Origin: an archaeon
GTDB taxonomy: Archaea; SpSt-1190; DYHY01
Reading direction: 5' to 3'
NCBI GenBank assembly: GCA_043803745.1
Contig: JAZDJS010000008.1
Coordinates: 1 to 29,543 of the forward strand
DNA: 29,543 nt
How positions within the stretch are numbered: the stretch's first letter is position 1; every line of letters starts with the position of its first letter. The position numbers and the translations under genes are program-made. The notes under the pieces are model-generated. The model saw nothing but the letters and a program-made list of their open reading frames with translations, did not search any database and had not been told where the DNA came from. Positions 7,733 through 15,807 of this stretch are shown here, in pieces.

Positions 7733-9526
7733 TCAGATGAACGCCTTTTTCCCGGCAAGCGCGTATGCCGTAATGTAGTTCTCGATTTGGATTTCCCAGT
7801 CAAGGGATTTTATCATTTCAAGGGCATCCTTCTTCATCTCCGCAACCTGCTCGTCGCTCGAATCCGCAATGCGCTCAATTATCCCCGCGACTTCGGCGGC
7901 AATCTCCGGGTCGGTCCTCCCGGAGGTCCTGACGACACAAACGCCCCGCCCCGAAGTTTCCCCGAAGTTTCCGGAAATGAACTTGCCGAACCCGGAATAG
8001 TCGGTGGTTACCGCGATGTTCCCCGCGAGCGCAGCCTCGACGGGGGTGTATCCGAAAGGTTCGTATCTTGACGGAAAGACTCCGACGTCGCAGCCAAGCA
8101 TCACCCCGTCGTATTCAAGATTGAGTATCCCGTCCCCCGGCTTGATATAGGTAGGATAGAAAATGATCTTGACGTTCGAACCGGGGCTGTTCGCGAGCCC
8201 GGCAAGGGCGCATCTCGAAATTACCGCATCCGTCGGATAGTTCAGATCGAAGGCCGCTATCGGGGGGGACTGGAAAGCCAGCAGGTTTTTCCAGAGCTTG
8301 GAAACCTCCGAATATTTTCCATCCCCCTTCGCAAGGGCGAGGATTTTGGAGAGCGGTTCGTTCTTCCCGGAAATCTCCTCGAAAGCCTCCCGCATCCTGT
8401 CTATTATCGAGACGTTCTGGAGGATTTGCTTGTTCGGCCCCGACACGTTCGACGGGACGAAGACGAAAAAATACAGCTGGCGCGGCAGGTTCTTCTTGTT
8501 GAGTATCCCGGCCGCATCAATGAAATAGTCGATTCCCTTGTTCTCGAACTCATAGCGCGCAGTAAGGTAAACGAAAAGCGCGCTCTCCGTCTTCAATATC
8601 TCCTGCGGGAGGAACATCCCATGCACAAGATTCTCTATCTCCTCCCTCTTTGGCTCCCGTTTCCCGTTGGTTCCCTTGGAAAATTCTATTCCGTTGAGGG
8701 TTATCACGTCCGGCTTTTTCCCGAGTATGTATTCGACCTCCCGGCCGACAGTCTCGCTGACCGTCGTGAAAGCGTCCGCGTTCTTCGCGCAGGCGACCTC
8801 CATGAAATGCTTTCCCTCGAGCTTGAACCTGTATGCTTCCTCGGATGACGCGACATTCCCCTGGGCGAGCCCAGCCTCAACCGTCCGGGAAAGGTTTTCC
8901 CCGAACGTCGTCTTGCTCCGGCCGAGGACCGTCGCGTGCGTTGTGAAAACCGTTGCCACCGGACATTTTTTCTGCTTCAAATAGAGCAAGCCCGCCCCCG
9001 AAATCCATTCATGGAACTGGCAGACTATTCGTTTCCCCTTGAACTGCGGAGCCTCCAGGAGCCGCTCGATTGCGATCCCGACCGCCGTTGACCAAATTAC
9101 GTTCTCGTTGAAATCCCCGCCCATGAAAAGGGAGTCTATCCCCCAGGTTTTCCAGAGGTCGTATTTTATCTGGTTCAGCTTGGAATCCTTTCCGATTCCG
9201 TACGAGACCGCGGTTTCCCTCTGCCCGAAACCCCAGGAATCTATGAGGATCAGGCGCGCCGAACTTCCGCAGGTCCATTTCCCGATCCGGCACTTTATTC
9301 CCTCCCGCTCAAGAGCCGAGAATACCGCAGCAATTTCCGCGGACGGCTTTTCCTCGGAGAATTCCTCCTTCGCGGTCGAAGGTTCGTAGCGGCCGAAAAG
9401 GAAATAGTTATCTGCGCCGAACTTCCCCATTGCGGCCTTTGCCTTTGTCCGGAGAACTGTGTAAATCCCCCCGACCTTCCTTCCCGCTTCGGAGGAAACC
9501 TCGAAAACGGCATCGAACTCTGGCAT
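7733..9526 (-). CDS. Glycogen synthase, GT3 (eukaryote/Bacteroidetes type)
   Basis: FEVSSEAGRKVGGIYTVLRTKA, FHEW, FTTHATVLGR, RYEFENKG, VFPSRYEPFGYTPVE match the GT3 signatures. Confidence 0.93.
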   Translation of the reverse strand: MPEFDAVFEVSSEAGRKVGGIYTVLRTKAKAAMGKFGADNYFLFGRYEPSTAKEEFSEEKPSAEIAAVFSALEREGIKCRIGKWTCGSSARLILIDSWGFGQRETAVSYGIGKDSKLNQIKYDLWKTWGIDSLFMGGDFNENVIWSTAVGIAIERLLEAPQFKGKRIVCQFHEWISGAGLLYLKQKKCPVATVFTTHATVLGRSKTTFGENLSRTVEAGLAQGNVASSEEAYRFKLEGKHFMEVACAKNADAFTTVSETVGREVEYILGKKPDVITLNGIEFSKGTNGKREPKREEIENLVHGMFLPQEILKTESALFVYLTARYEFENKGIDYFIDAAGILNKKNLPRQLYFFVFVPSNVSGPNKQILQNVSIIDRMREAFEEISGKNEPLSKILALAKGDGKYSEVSKLWKNLLAFQSPPIAAFDLNYPTDAVISRCALAGLANSPGSNVKIIFYPTYIKPGDGILNLEYDGVMLGCDVGVFPSRYEPFGYTPVEAALAGNIAVTTDYSGFGKFISGNFGETSGRGVCVVRTSGRTDPEIAAEVAGIIERIADSSDEQVAEMKKDALEMIKSLDWEIQIENYITAYALAGKKAFI

Positions 9527-9633
9527 TTCCCCAGAAGAGGGGCAGGTCGTCTATTAATTCTTTGTCAGTTTCGGGGTTTCCCGGGATATTCTTATAAAGG
9601 CGGGTTCTCCGGGTTACTTCAGGGAGTGACAAG

Positions 9634-9912
9634 ATGACCGATTCCTTTTGGTTGAACAGGGCGGATTTTCAGCCGGTTGCGAAAATTGGCAGCCTTTCCG
9701 AGATGATTGAGGCTCTCAGGCGGGCGCCGAGGCAGGTAGTTTCCCATCACATTACCCCGCAGAAGAACGATTTCGCGAACTGGGTCAAGAACTCCCTTCA
9801 CAATCCGGATCTTGCGTCAAGGCTCTCGTCAATAAAGTGCGACGACCCCAGGGCGCTTGAAAAGATCATTGAAGCGCTCTCCTCGAACAGCCAGCACGGA
9901 AAAAGAAAGTAG
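9634..9912 (+). CDS. DUF5752-like small protein of glycogen loci
   Basis: HHITPQKNDFANWV...LA pattern; divergent from glycogen synthase. Confidence 0.7.
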   Translation: MTDSFWLNRADFQPVAKIGSLSEMIEALRRAPRQVVSHHITPQKNDFANWVKNSLHNPDLASRLSSIKCDDPRALEKIIEALSSNSQHGKRK

Positions 9913-9923
9913 TTTTTTCCCGA

Positions 9924-10190
9924 TTATTTCGATATCTTGACCTGCGTCCCGACGGATTCTCCAGGAAGCCCCCTGTCGAACCTCACCCTTAGCGCGCCCT
10001 TTGCTCCGTGGAAATGGGTCGCCGTCCCTGAAATGCTCGTTTTCCCGTTCGTCCAGGTCACCCTCGCACCGATAAGCTCCTTCGAATCCTCCTTTCCCTT
10101 CGCCCCGGCAGGCATTACAACCATCTGGTTCGGCTTCCTCTTCGTCTTGTGTGATCCCCTGTAATTGACTATCAACCCCTTTTTTTCCAT
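9924..10190 (-). CDS. rpl35ae: 50S ribosomal protein L35Ae (eL33)
   Basis: GLIVNYRGS, HGAKGALRVRFDRGLPG; start at ATG 10190. Confidence 0.92.
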   Translation of the reverse strand: MEKKGLIVNYRGSHKTKRKPNQMVVMPAGAKGKEDSKELIGARVTWTNGKTSISGTATHFHGAKGALRVRFDRGLPGESVGTQVKISK

Positions 10191-10246
10191 TCGGAAAGCA
10201 AGCTTCCGGAGGTTTTTAAAGATGATTGTTGCCCGGGGCTTGCCCG

Positions 10247-10975
10247 CTAATCCAGGCCCCAGCCAACATATTTGACCGGGTCCCGCTCCCCGGGAGCAGT
10301 CTTCCCTGCGTAGTGGGGCGGACCTATCGCATTGCACCCGCTTCTTTCGCTCAGCTCGCGGAGGGAATCGTAAAGGTATTTCCGAACGCTTTTCGGGTCT
10401 GCAATTGAAATCCTGCCTCCCGGTGGAAAAGGGAACTCCTTGAGCGCGTCAAGATGCCCTCCAGCGCATCCGCCGACAACGGCGCGATATTCCCGCCCTT
10501 CCAGGTCAGTCTGGAGTAGGGTCGTTTCCCTCTCAATTCGCCCAAGAAGCGCGTCATTGTTTCCTCTCGAACAAAGCGCATCAATCCACTCGGCACAATA
10601 TTCGGCAAGTTTCGGGTCCGCGTAATTCAGGTAGACAAGCTTTCCGTCATGGGCGCCGAGAACGACCCTTACGTGATACGAATCGCCTTCTTTTTTTCCA
10701 GCTTCATATTCCCGCTTGCCTCTGAAATATGCATTTACTGCATCTTCAATTCTCTCAGCAGTCATAATTTCTCCGACAAGGGCAAGACCCTCCTCCACCC
10801 AGCCGGACACCCCAACCAAGAGCGTTCCACCAATATTCGCGGCAAGCTTTCGCGTATGTTCGCCACCCCTCGTCACATTGCAGCAGGTTTCCTTTCCAGT
10901 GATTCTCTTGGATTTCACCCCGTCAGTCATGAATTCAACTGTTCCGGGCGCTGCGACGGAAAATAGTGCAGTCAT
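10247..10975 (-). CDS. Divergent proteasome-beta/HslV-like Ntn hydrolase, paralogue C
   Basis: M-T1...D17 (FMTDG), RKL (K33-like), VGVSG (G47-like), VVGGCAG, CNAIG; ATGA-coupled to paralogue B. Confidence 0.6.
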   Translation of the reverse strand: MTALFSVAAPGTVEFMTDGVKSKRITGKETCCNVTRGGEHTRKLAANIGGTLLVGVSGWVEEGLALVGEIMTAERIEDAVNAYFRGKREYEAGKKEGDSYHVRVVLGAHDGKLVYLNYADPKLAEYCAEWIDALCSRGNNDALLGRIERETTLLQTDLEGREYRAVVGGCAGGHLDALKEFPFPPGGRISIADPKSVRKYLYDSLRELSERSGCNAIGPPHYAGKTAPGERDPVKYVGWGLD

Positions 10976-11643
10976 TTTCTCCCGTCAAGCCCCCTCGCAT
11001 AATCCAGAGCGTCCGGAAGAGGGAGAATCACGGCCGGTTCCCCTTCTATTGAAAATCCCGTAAGATATGGCTTGCCAACCGCGCAGCAAACCCCGGAAAC
11101 CCTTTCGACGGCACTTGCAAGAGCTTCCAGAGTATTGTAGAATGAACGGGCGTCAAGCCCTTCCGGGCGGATGCGGTCTTTTCTCAAATGCGCTTCTCCG
11201 CAACCTACTGCAGCAAAGCGAGCTAAACCCTTGTTTCTGTCCCTGACCTTTCTTGTCATCAATTCCCCGTATCTTTGCTGAGCGTCAAGTTCGCCTTCAA
11301 GCCGGGCAATTCCCGAATCAAGCCTTGCAATCCGCGCGCCCTCGGCAACAAGAATTCCTGCGAGAGCGCCCCGTTTGTACCTGAAAAATTCCGCGAAATC
11401 TTCAATCAAGCCAGAATAGCCAACTGCATCTGTTGCGAACAAAAGCTGCTCAACACAGTCGGTAGCCCCGACAAGGCCGTAAATCGAGCTTCCGGAATCC
11501 CGCCACAATTTCCCGACTGCGTCGCTTTCAACTGCGCTATGATGACCGCAAGGACCTCTCTCGCCCTTACTAGTCCGCCTGCCATCGGCAACAAGAACCG
11601 TCGCCCTTTTCGGCGGAAGGGTTGCAGCGACAATTAGGCTCAT
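10972..11643 (-). CDS. Divergent proteasome-beta/HslV-like Ntn hydrolase, paralogue B
   Basis: M-S1LIVAA...VLVADGRRT, DAVGKL, YGLVG, FAAVGCG (GSG-loop equivalent), C-terminal LPDALDYARG. Confidence 0.72.
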   Translation of the reverse strand: MSLIVAATLPPKRATVLVADGRRTSKGERGPCGHHSAVESDAVGKLWRDSGSSIYGLVGATDCVEQLLFATDAVGYSGLIEDFAEFFRYKRGALAGILVAEGARIARLDSGIARLEGELDAQQRYGELMTRKVRDRNKGLARFAAVGCGEAHLRKDRIRPEGLDARSFYNTLEALASAVERVSGVCCAVGKPYLTGFSIEGEPAVILPLPDALDYARGLDGRK

Positions 11644-12341
11644 TTTCCCCCCTCCCGTGCATATTCAAGGGCGTCAGGAACACGGAAAATCTTCACTCCG
11701 GAAGGTTCGACAAAGCCGATTTTGAAAACCCCGCCAATCGGTCCGAAAGGCGGATATCTCCGATCGGCCTCGGTTTCAGCAAGACGCCCCAGTTCAGCCA
11801 AGTATTCCACAACTTCCGCAGGTGAGCTAACCGAGATTGATTTTCCCGGAGGGAACGGAAGTTTTTCAAGTATTTTAGGGCTCACCGCAACAGCAACCCG
11901 GTATTTATCGCCATTCCGGTCAGTTTGGATTTCAGTCGTTTCCTCTTCAAGTTCCCTTGCAAAAGAAGCAGGACTTTTGAGAAGGTTCCGTTTCTTCTCC
12001 AGCAGTTCGGGAGTGAGATGGTAAAGCTTATGCAAGCCGCCGGCAACGATAACGTCGAGCCCCCTCCGTCGCGCCAGTTCGTTCTCACAGAGCACGGTTG
12101 CATATGCTAGAAAAACCTGCTGCGGAAGCAAAGCTTTCCGTGCTAGCTTTTCGAACGCAATGCAGTTTCGGTCATCCTCCCCGGTTGAAAGGACTGCTGC
12201 GCGCCCGTCTCTGCAGGCAACAATTTTTTCCGCCTCATCGGTTTCAATGTCAAATCCGCTGTCATAGCCAAAGCCGCTTATCCTGCCGTCGGCAAGGAGA
12301 TAGATTCTTCCCGGCGATTTTATTGCAGCCCCAATACTCAT
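11640..12341 (-). CDS. Divergent proteasome-beta/HslV-like Ntn hydrolase, paralogue A
   Basis: M-S1IGAAI...LLAD17GR19IS, TDEAEKI, VLSTG, PIGGVFKIGFV..SG, C-terminal VPDALEYAREG. Confidence 0.75.
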   Translation of the reverse strand: MSIGAAIKSPGRIYLLADGRISGFGYDSGFDIETDEAEKIVACRDGRAAVLSTGEDDRNCIAFEKLARKALLPQQVFLAYATVLCENELARRRGLDVIVAGGLHKLYHLTPELLEKKRNLLKSPASFARELEEETTEIQTDRNGDKYRVAVAVSPKILEKLPFPPGKSISVSSPAEVVEYLAELGRLAETEADRRYPPFGPIGGVFKIGFVEPSGVKIFRVPDALEYAREGGK

Positions 12342-12431
12342 CAGTAACCATTAGGAAGGGGCTATTTTTAAGCATTTTTCTCAGAAAAGAAATCTTTATA
12401 TATTAAGTTTTACCACTAGAACGAGGCTATA
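12342..12431. promoter_or_regulatory. AT-rich divergent promoter region
   Basis: TATTTTTAA near 12363-12371 and TTTATATATTAA near 12395-12406, between divergent starts. Confidence 0.5.
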
Positions 12432-13367
12432 ATGGTCAAAAACTCATCCCAAGAAAGAAGGCGCATAGGTGACCGGTTGCGCGCATATGCGCACAAGATC
12501 CTTGATTATGCCGGACAGGCTGGAGAGGAAGCCCGGGAACACCTGACTGGAGAGAACGCGCACGGGAAAGAAACTGACGAATATCACGTAGGAGCCGAAG
12601 CACACCACATTTTTTCAGGAGCCAAGCGCGCCCTTGCAACTTCAATAGAATATGCATTAGAGCCGGAATCACGAGAGCGAATCCGAGCCGAACTAGGAGA
12701 AAAATGGGAATATGCCAAAACTCCTGCCGGAAGGTATGAGGCTGCCGCAAATGCCCTGAGGTTCGCCGGGAACGCGTTCAATTTCGCTGACAACTTCGTT
12801 GCAGCAGCAACCGCCAAATACATTGTGGCGCGCTCGGGAGGAGACGAGCTTGCTGCTACGAATCTGATTGCAAAGCTCGTTTCGGAGTTCGTTGCAACTC
12901 CTTTAGTGACGGGAACCTTCCTCCACTTTTCAAGGAACTGCCGGGAAAAGGCGGCGGAATTGCGGGGGGAACCTTCGTCCGAAAAGGAAAAACACCAGTC
13001 CGGATTCCAGCAATGGGTTGACAGCGCTCTTGCGGTCGGGTTCATAGATGCCGCGGTCGGTGCTGCGGGAAGCGTTGCAGCATATCCTATTGAAACTGCG
13101 GCGCTCGAAACAGGCGCCGACCCGTCCACTGTGCTTTTCCTAAGCACTGCCGCGCAATCCGGAATAATGACTTACCTTGCCAGCCAGGGCGAGGAACACC
13201 AAATTGTCGAGCACATCCGGCAATATGTCAGGGAACGCCTGCCCAGAAGAATCGTTTCAGATACAGCTGAAACAATTGTGCAGGGAATCCCTTATTATAT
13301 TGGAGCAAAATCTTCCAATAATCCGGCTGGCTATGCAGTTCTCAGGCAGGCCCATTTGGTTCCCTGA
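12432..13367 (+). CDS. Hypothetical Ala-rich helical protein, possibly membrane-associated
   Basis: 311-aa ORF with a TATA box upstream; moderately hydrophobic segments such as ALAVGFIDAAVGAAGSVAAY; no recognised motif. Confidence 0.75.
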   Translation: MVKNSSQERRRIGDRLRAYAHKILDYAGQAGEEAREHLTGENAHGKETDEYHVGAEAHHIFSGAKRALATSIEYALEPESRERIRAELGEKWEYAKTPAGRYEAAANALRFAGNAFNFADNFVAAATAKYIVARSGGDELAATNLIAKLVSEFVATPLVTGTFLHFSRNCREKAAELRGEPSSEKEKHQSGFQQWVDSALAVGFIDAAVGAAGSVAAYPIETAALETGADPSTVLFLSTAAQSGIMTYLASQGEEHQIVEHIRQYVRERLPRRIVSDTAETIVQGIPYYIGAKSSNNPAGYAVLRQAHLVP

Positions 13368-14151
13368 CGTCTTGAATACCGAGCCGCAAATCAAGATAAG
13401 TTGCATATCCGCAAGCGGATTCCCTTGGAATGACGTGGGCGCCCTCGCCTCTTGTCAGGAAGGAAACATCAAAGCCGCCTCCAACTCCGTAGCACACCTC
13501 GTCAATTTCATCCCCGAACCTCAGGAGAGCTGCAAGGGCTGAATGGACAGTTCCAAGTTCGTGTCTTTTTGGCGCTTTTCCGGAAACAGAAGGTTCGTAT
13601 CTGTGTTCCTTCCCACAGCCGGAAAGTACCTGGGTTTTTGCATATTTGTTTGTTTCAAGGAATTCCTGGACCTCCTTTGGCCCGAAAAACATAGTCAGAT
13701 AGGTTTTGCCCGGTCTTTCAATTGCCGCGGCATCGTCGTTTAGGTAAATCTCATAGGAAAGCCTTACAAGCCGTCCGTTCTCAATCGAACTCATTCTGAC
13801 AGTCTGAAGGCCCGTTTTGGCGGAATGAAGCGCAAGCGAAAGAAAAATCTGATCATCCCCGGAAGAAGTTCGGGCAAGGTCGGTATAATCCCCGACAACG
13901 AATTCCCAGTGCTTGCCTTTCGAAGCAGCCAGGAAAGATTTCGCATTTTTGTGGTTCCCTGAAGCCGCCAAGAGGCCGTTTTTGAGGGAAACGGCCTTTA
14001 TCATATTCGGTTCAATTTTTCCCGAGTGCCCGCACAAGTGCCCGCACACATCTGAAGACGCGCCCTCTTTCATTTCTCCCGGAAGAGTAACCCTCCTATC
14101 GGAAATCCCGACAACATAGCGGGAAGTCCGTTCGAAAGCAAGGAAAGTCAT
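13342..14151 (-). CDS. Divergent proteasome-beta/HslV-like Ntn hydrolase, paralogue D
   Basis: M-T1FLAF...GISD17RR19VT, NMIKAV, LLAASG, VLSGCG, CYGVGGGFDVSFL; TTTATAA upstream. Confidence 0.68.
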   Translation of the reverse strand: MTFLAFERTSRYVVGISDRRVTLPGEMKEGASSDVCGHLCGHSGKIEPNMIKAVSLKNGLLAASGNHKNAKSFLAASKGKHWEFVVGDYTDLARTSSGDDQIFLSLALHSAKTGLQTVRMSSIENGRLVRLSYEIYLNDDAAAIERPGKTYLTMFFGPKEVQEFLETNKYAKTQVLSGCGKEHRYEPSVSGKAPKRHELGTVHSALAALLRFGDEIDEVCYGVGGGFDVSFLTRGEGAHVIPRESACGYATYLDLRLGIQDVREPNGPA

Positions 14152-14228
14152 TAATCTAGATTGAACTCAAGACCTTATAAACTCTTCCCGAGTGGTTATT
14201 ATTTCTTCTCTCCCTGTGCTGGCGGGGC

Positions 14229-15656
14229 TCATGGAGGTCCTCCTTGGGGAACCCCTTGGGACCCCCCGACGGGCGGCGCCAGAGTGACGTTCGTCAAATC
14301 GACAAGCGCCCTTCCCGGGAACTCAACTCCCGCCCGGTCAATTCCGGCAAGAAGCTCAGGAGGCATGCTCTTGAAAATCAGCTGGATGAGTCCTGTCGTG
14401 ACAATCGGCTTGAACTGGTTTGTTTCCAAGCTGGCGAACAGGTTTTTCGACTCGGTCTTGTTGAACGGTCCGAGCTTCCCCTCGTTAATGTGGGACACGA
14501 GCACGGTATCGATGTTCTTGCCCAAATAGACCGCGACGTAAATCGATTTCTCGAAAAGCCAGGAATAGCCGCGCCTGTCCTCTTTTCCATAAGTCCAGAA
14601 AACCTTCGGAGTCGTCTTTATCTTCTCCTTCAGGTCGTCCGCGCGTTTCTTCCCCTTCATGAGCTCGTTGACGTTCTTCTCCATGTATGCGAGGAAATTG
14701 TCGCATTTCTTCTTGACCTCCGCAACCTTTTCCGGGGTCATGTTCTTTATTTCGCCATGCTCAATCCCCTTCTGGAGCTTGACAATTTCCTCAAGAATGT
14801 CCGGATATTCCGGCGGCATTGTCCCTGGCTCGACGAAATATTTCCTGAAAACAGGGGCAAGCTCCGGAACTTCGGCAGGGGGCATCCCGGAAGCCATCAG
14901 GAACGCGTTGGCCGACCATGTTGCGGCCCGGAACATCCGCTCAATTGCCCAGTTCATGTAATCGACGACCTTCGTCAGATATGATTTGGCGCCATCAATG
15001 CTTTTGAAAATCGCCTCTTGCGAGGGTTTGATTGCGCCGGAAACAAGGAGCCGGTTCATCGGCTTGTAGAATCCGCCGTCATAAACCGGAATTCCGCTCC
15101 TGAGATAGTTGAAGAAAAGGGGATCCCCGTTCCGGATATAATCCCAGAATTCCGTCAGGGTGTGTAGCTGGATGTGTATTTCCTTGTCAATTTTCACCCC
15201 AAGATCCTGCATCTGGTTGTGCAGGCTGTCCCGCAGCGGCTGGTCGATTGGCTTGTCGGATTCGGTATCGTCAATTATGACAAGGACGTCGATATCCGAG
15301 CCGATCGTGTAGTTCCCCCTTGCAAAGGAGCCGAAAACAACGACCGCCTTGACATATTTCCCGAACTTTTCCCGGAGCTTTGCTGAATATTCCTTGACCT
15401 TGTTCATTGCACCCCGGAGAATAAGCTGCCGTTTCTTCTTCGCTTTTTCAATCTGGTTCGGGCTGAGCGGTTTTGCCGCCTTTTGGGGAACCCCTGAGGG
15501 ACCCCCTGAGGGAACCCCTGAGGGAACCCTTGAGGGAACCCCTTGGGGAATTGCGCCGTTTTCGGTTTCAGGGGCGTTTTCAGCCGTTTTCAGCCGTTGT
15601 TCTTGGATGCGGGAAACATTATTGCTAGTTTGGGTTTTCTGCTCGGGTTCCGCCAT
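14229..15656 (-). CDS. Pol-beta superfamily nucleotidyltransferase + HEPN-like domain + extra C-terminal domain
   Basis: VVVFGSFARG...SDIDVLVIIDD; helical bundle with LQKGIEH; start taken at ATG 15656 (MAEPEQ). Confidence 0.88.
   Translation of the reverse strand: MAEPEQKTQTSNNVSRIQEQRLKTAENAPETENGAIPQGVPSRVPSGVPSGGPSGVPQKAAKPLSPNQIEKAKKKRQLILRGAMNKVKEYSAKLREKFGKYVKAVVVFGSFARGNYTIGSDIDVLVIIDDTESDKPIDQPLRDSLHNQMQDLGVKIDKEIHIQLHTLTEFWDYIRNGDPLFFNYLRSGIPVYDGGFYKPMNRLLVSGAIKPSQEAIFKSIDGAKSYLTKVVDYMNWAIERMFRAATWSANAFLMASGMPPAEVPELAPVFRKYFVEPGTMPPEYPDILEEIVKLQKGIEHGEIKNMTPEKVAEVKKKCDNFLAYMEKNVNELMKGKKRADDLKEKIKTTPKVFWTYGKEDRRGYSWLFEKSIYVAVYLGKNIDTVLVSHINEGKLGPFNKTESKNLFASLETNQFKPIVTTGLIQLIFKSMPPELLAGIDRAGVEFPGRALVDLTNVTLAPPVGGSQGVPQGGPP
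14242..14265. repeat. 12-bp tandem repeat (2 copies) in the 3' end of the NTase gene
   Basis: CCTTGGGGAACC CCTTGGGACCCC. Confidence 0.6.
15481..15552. repeat. 12-bp tandem repeat (6 imperfect copies) in the 5' end of the NTase gene
   Basis: Consensus CCTGAGGGAACC; encodes IPQG-VPSR-VPSG-VPSG-GPSG-VPQK. Confidence 0.92.
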
Positions 15657-15807
15657 TTTTCGCGACATTTAATCCAAATTACTATTAAACTGTTTCCACT
15701 TCAGTTGGCCCCTTTTCAGACCTCCAAATGCCCAGTTTTTTACCATTTAGTAGTAATGTTTAAAAGGCAATTGTGCCCTATTATTATTGGAAAAAGGCGA
15801 TTGAACA

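Noticed and set aside
10247-14151. Canonical 20S proteasome psmA/psmB or hslV genes
   Set aside because: No propeptide or GTTT motif, no alpha-subunit N-terminal signature, no HslU or PAN nearby, and far too divergent.
14229-14231. Genome-wide TGA recoding (Gly/Trp/Sec)
   Set aside because: Conserved genes (kae1, cyaB, ppiC, nnrD) end at TGA at the expected positions, often in ATGA overlaps.
15481-15552. CRISPR array (also considered for 24625-24675 and 25376-25411)
   Set aside because: Units are 11-12 bp, contiguous with no spacers, and there are no cas genes.
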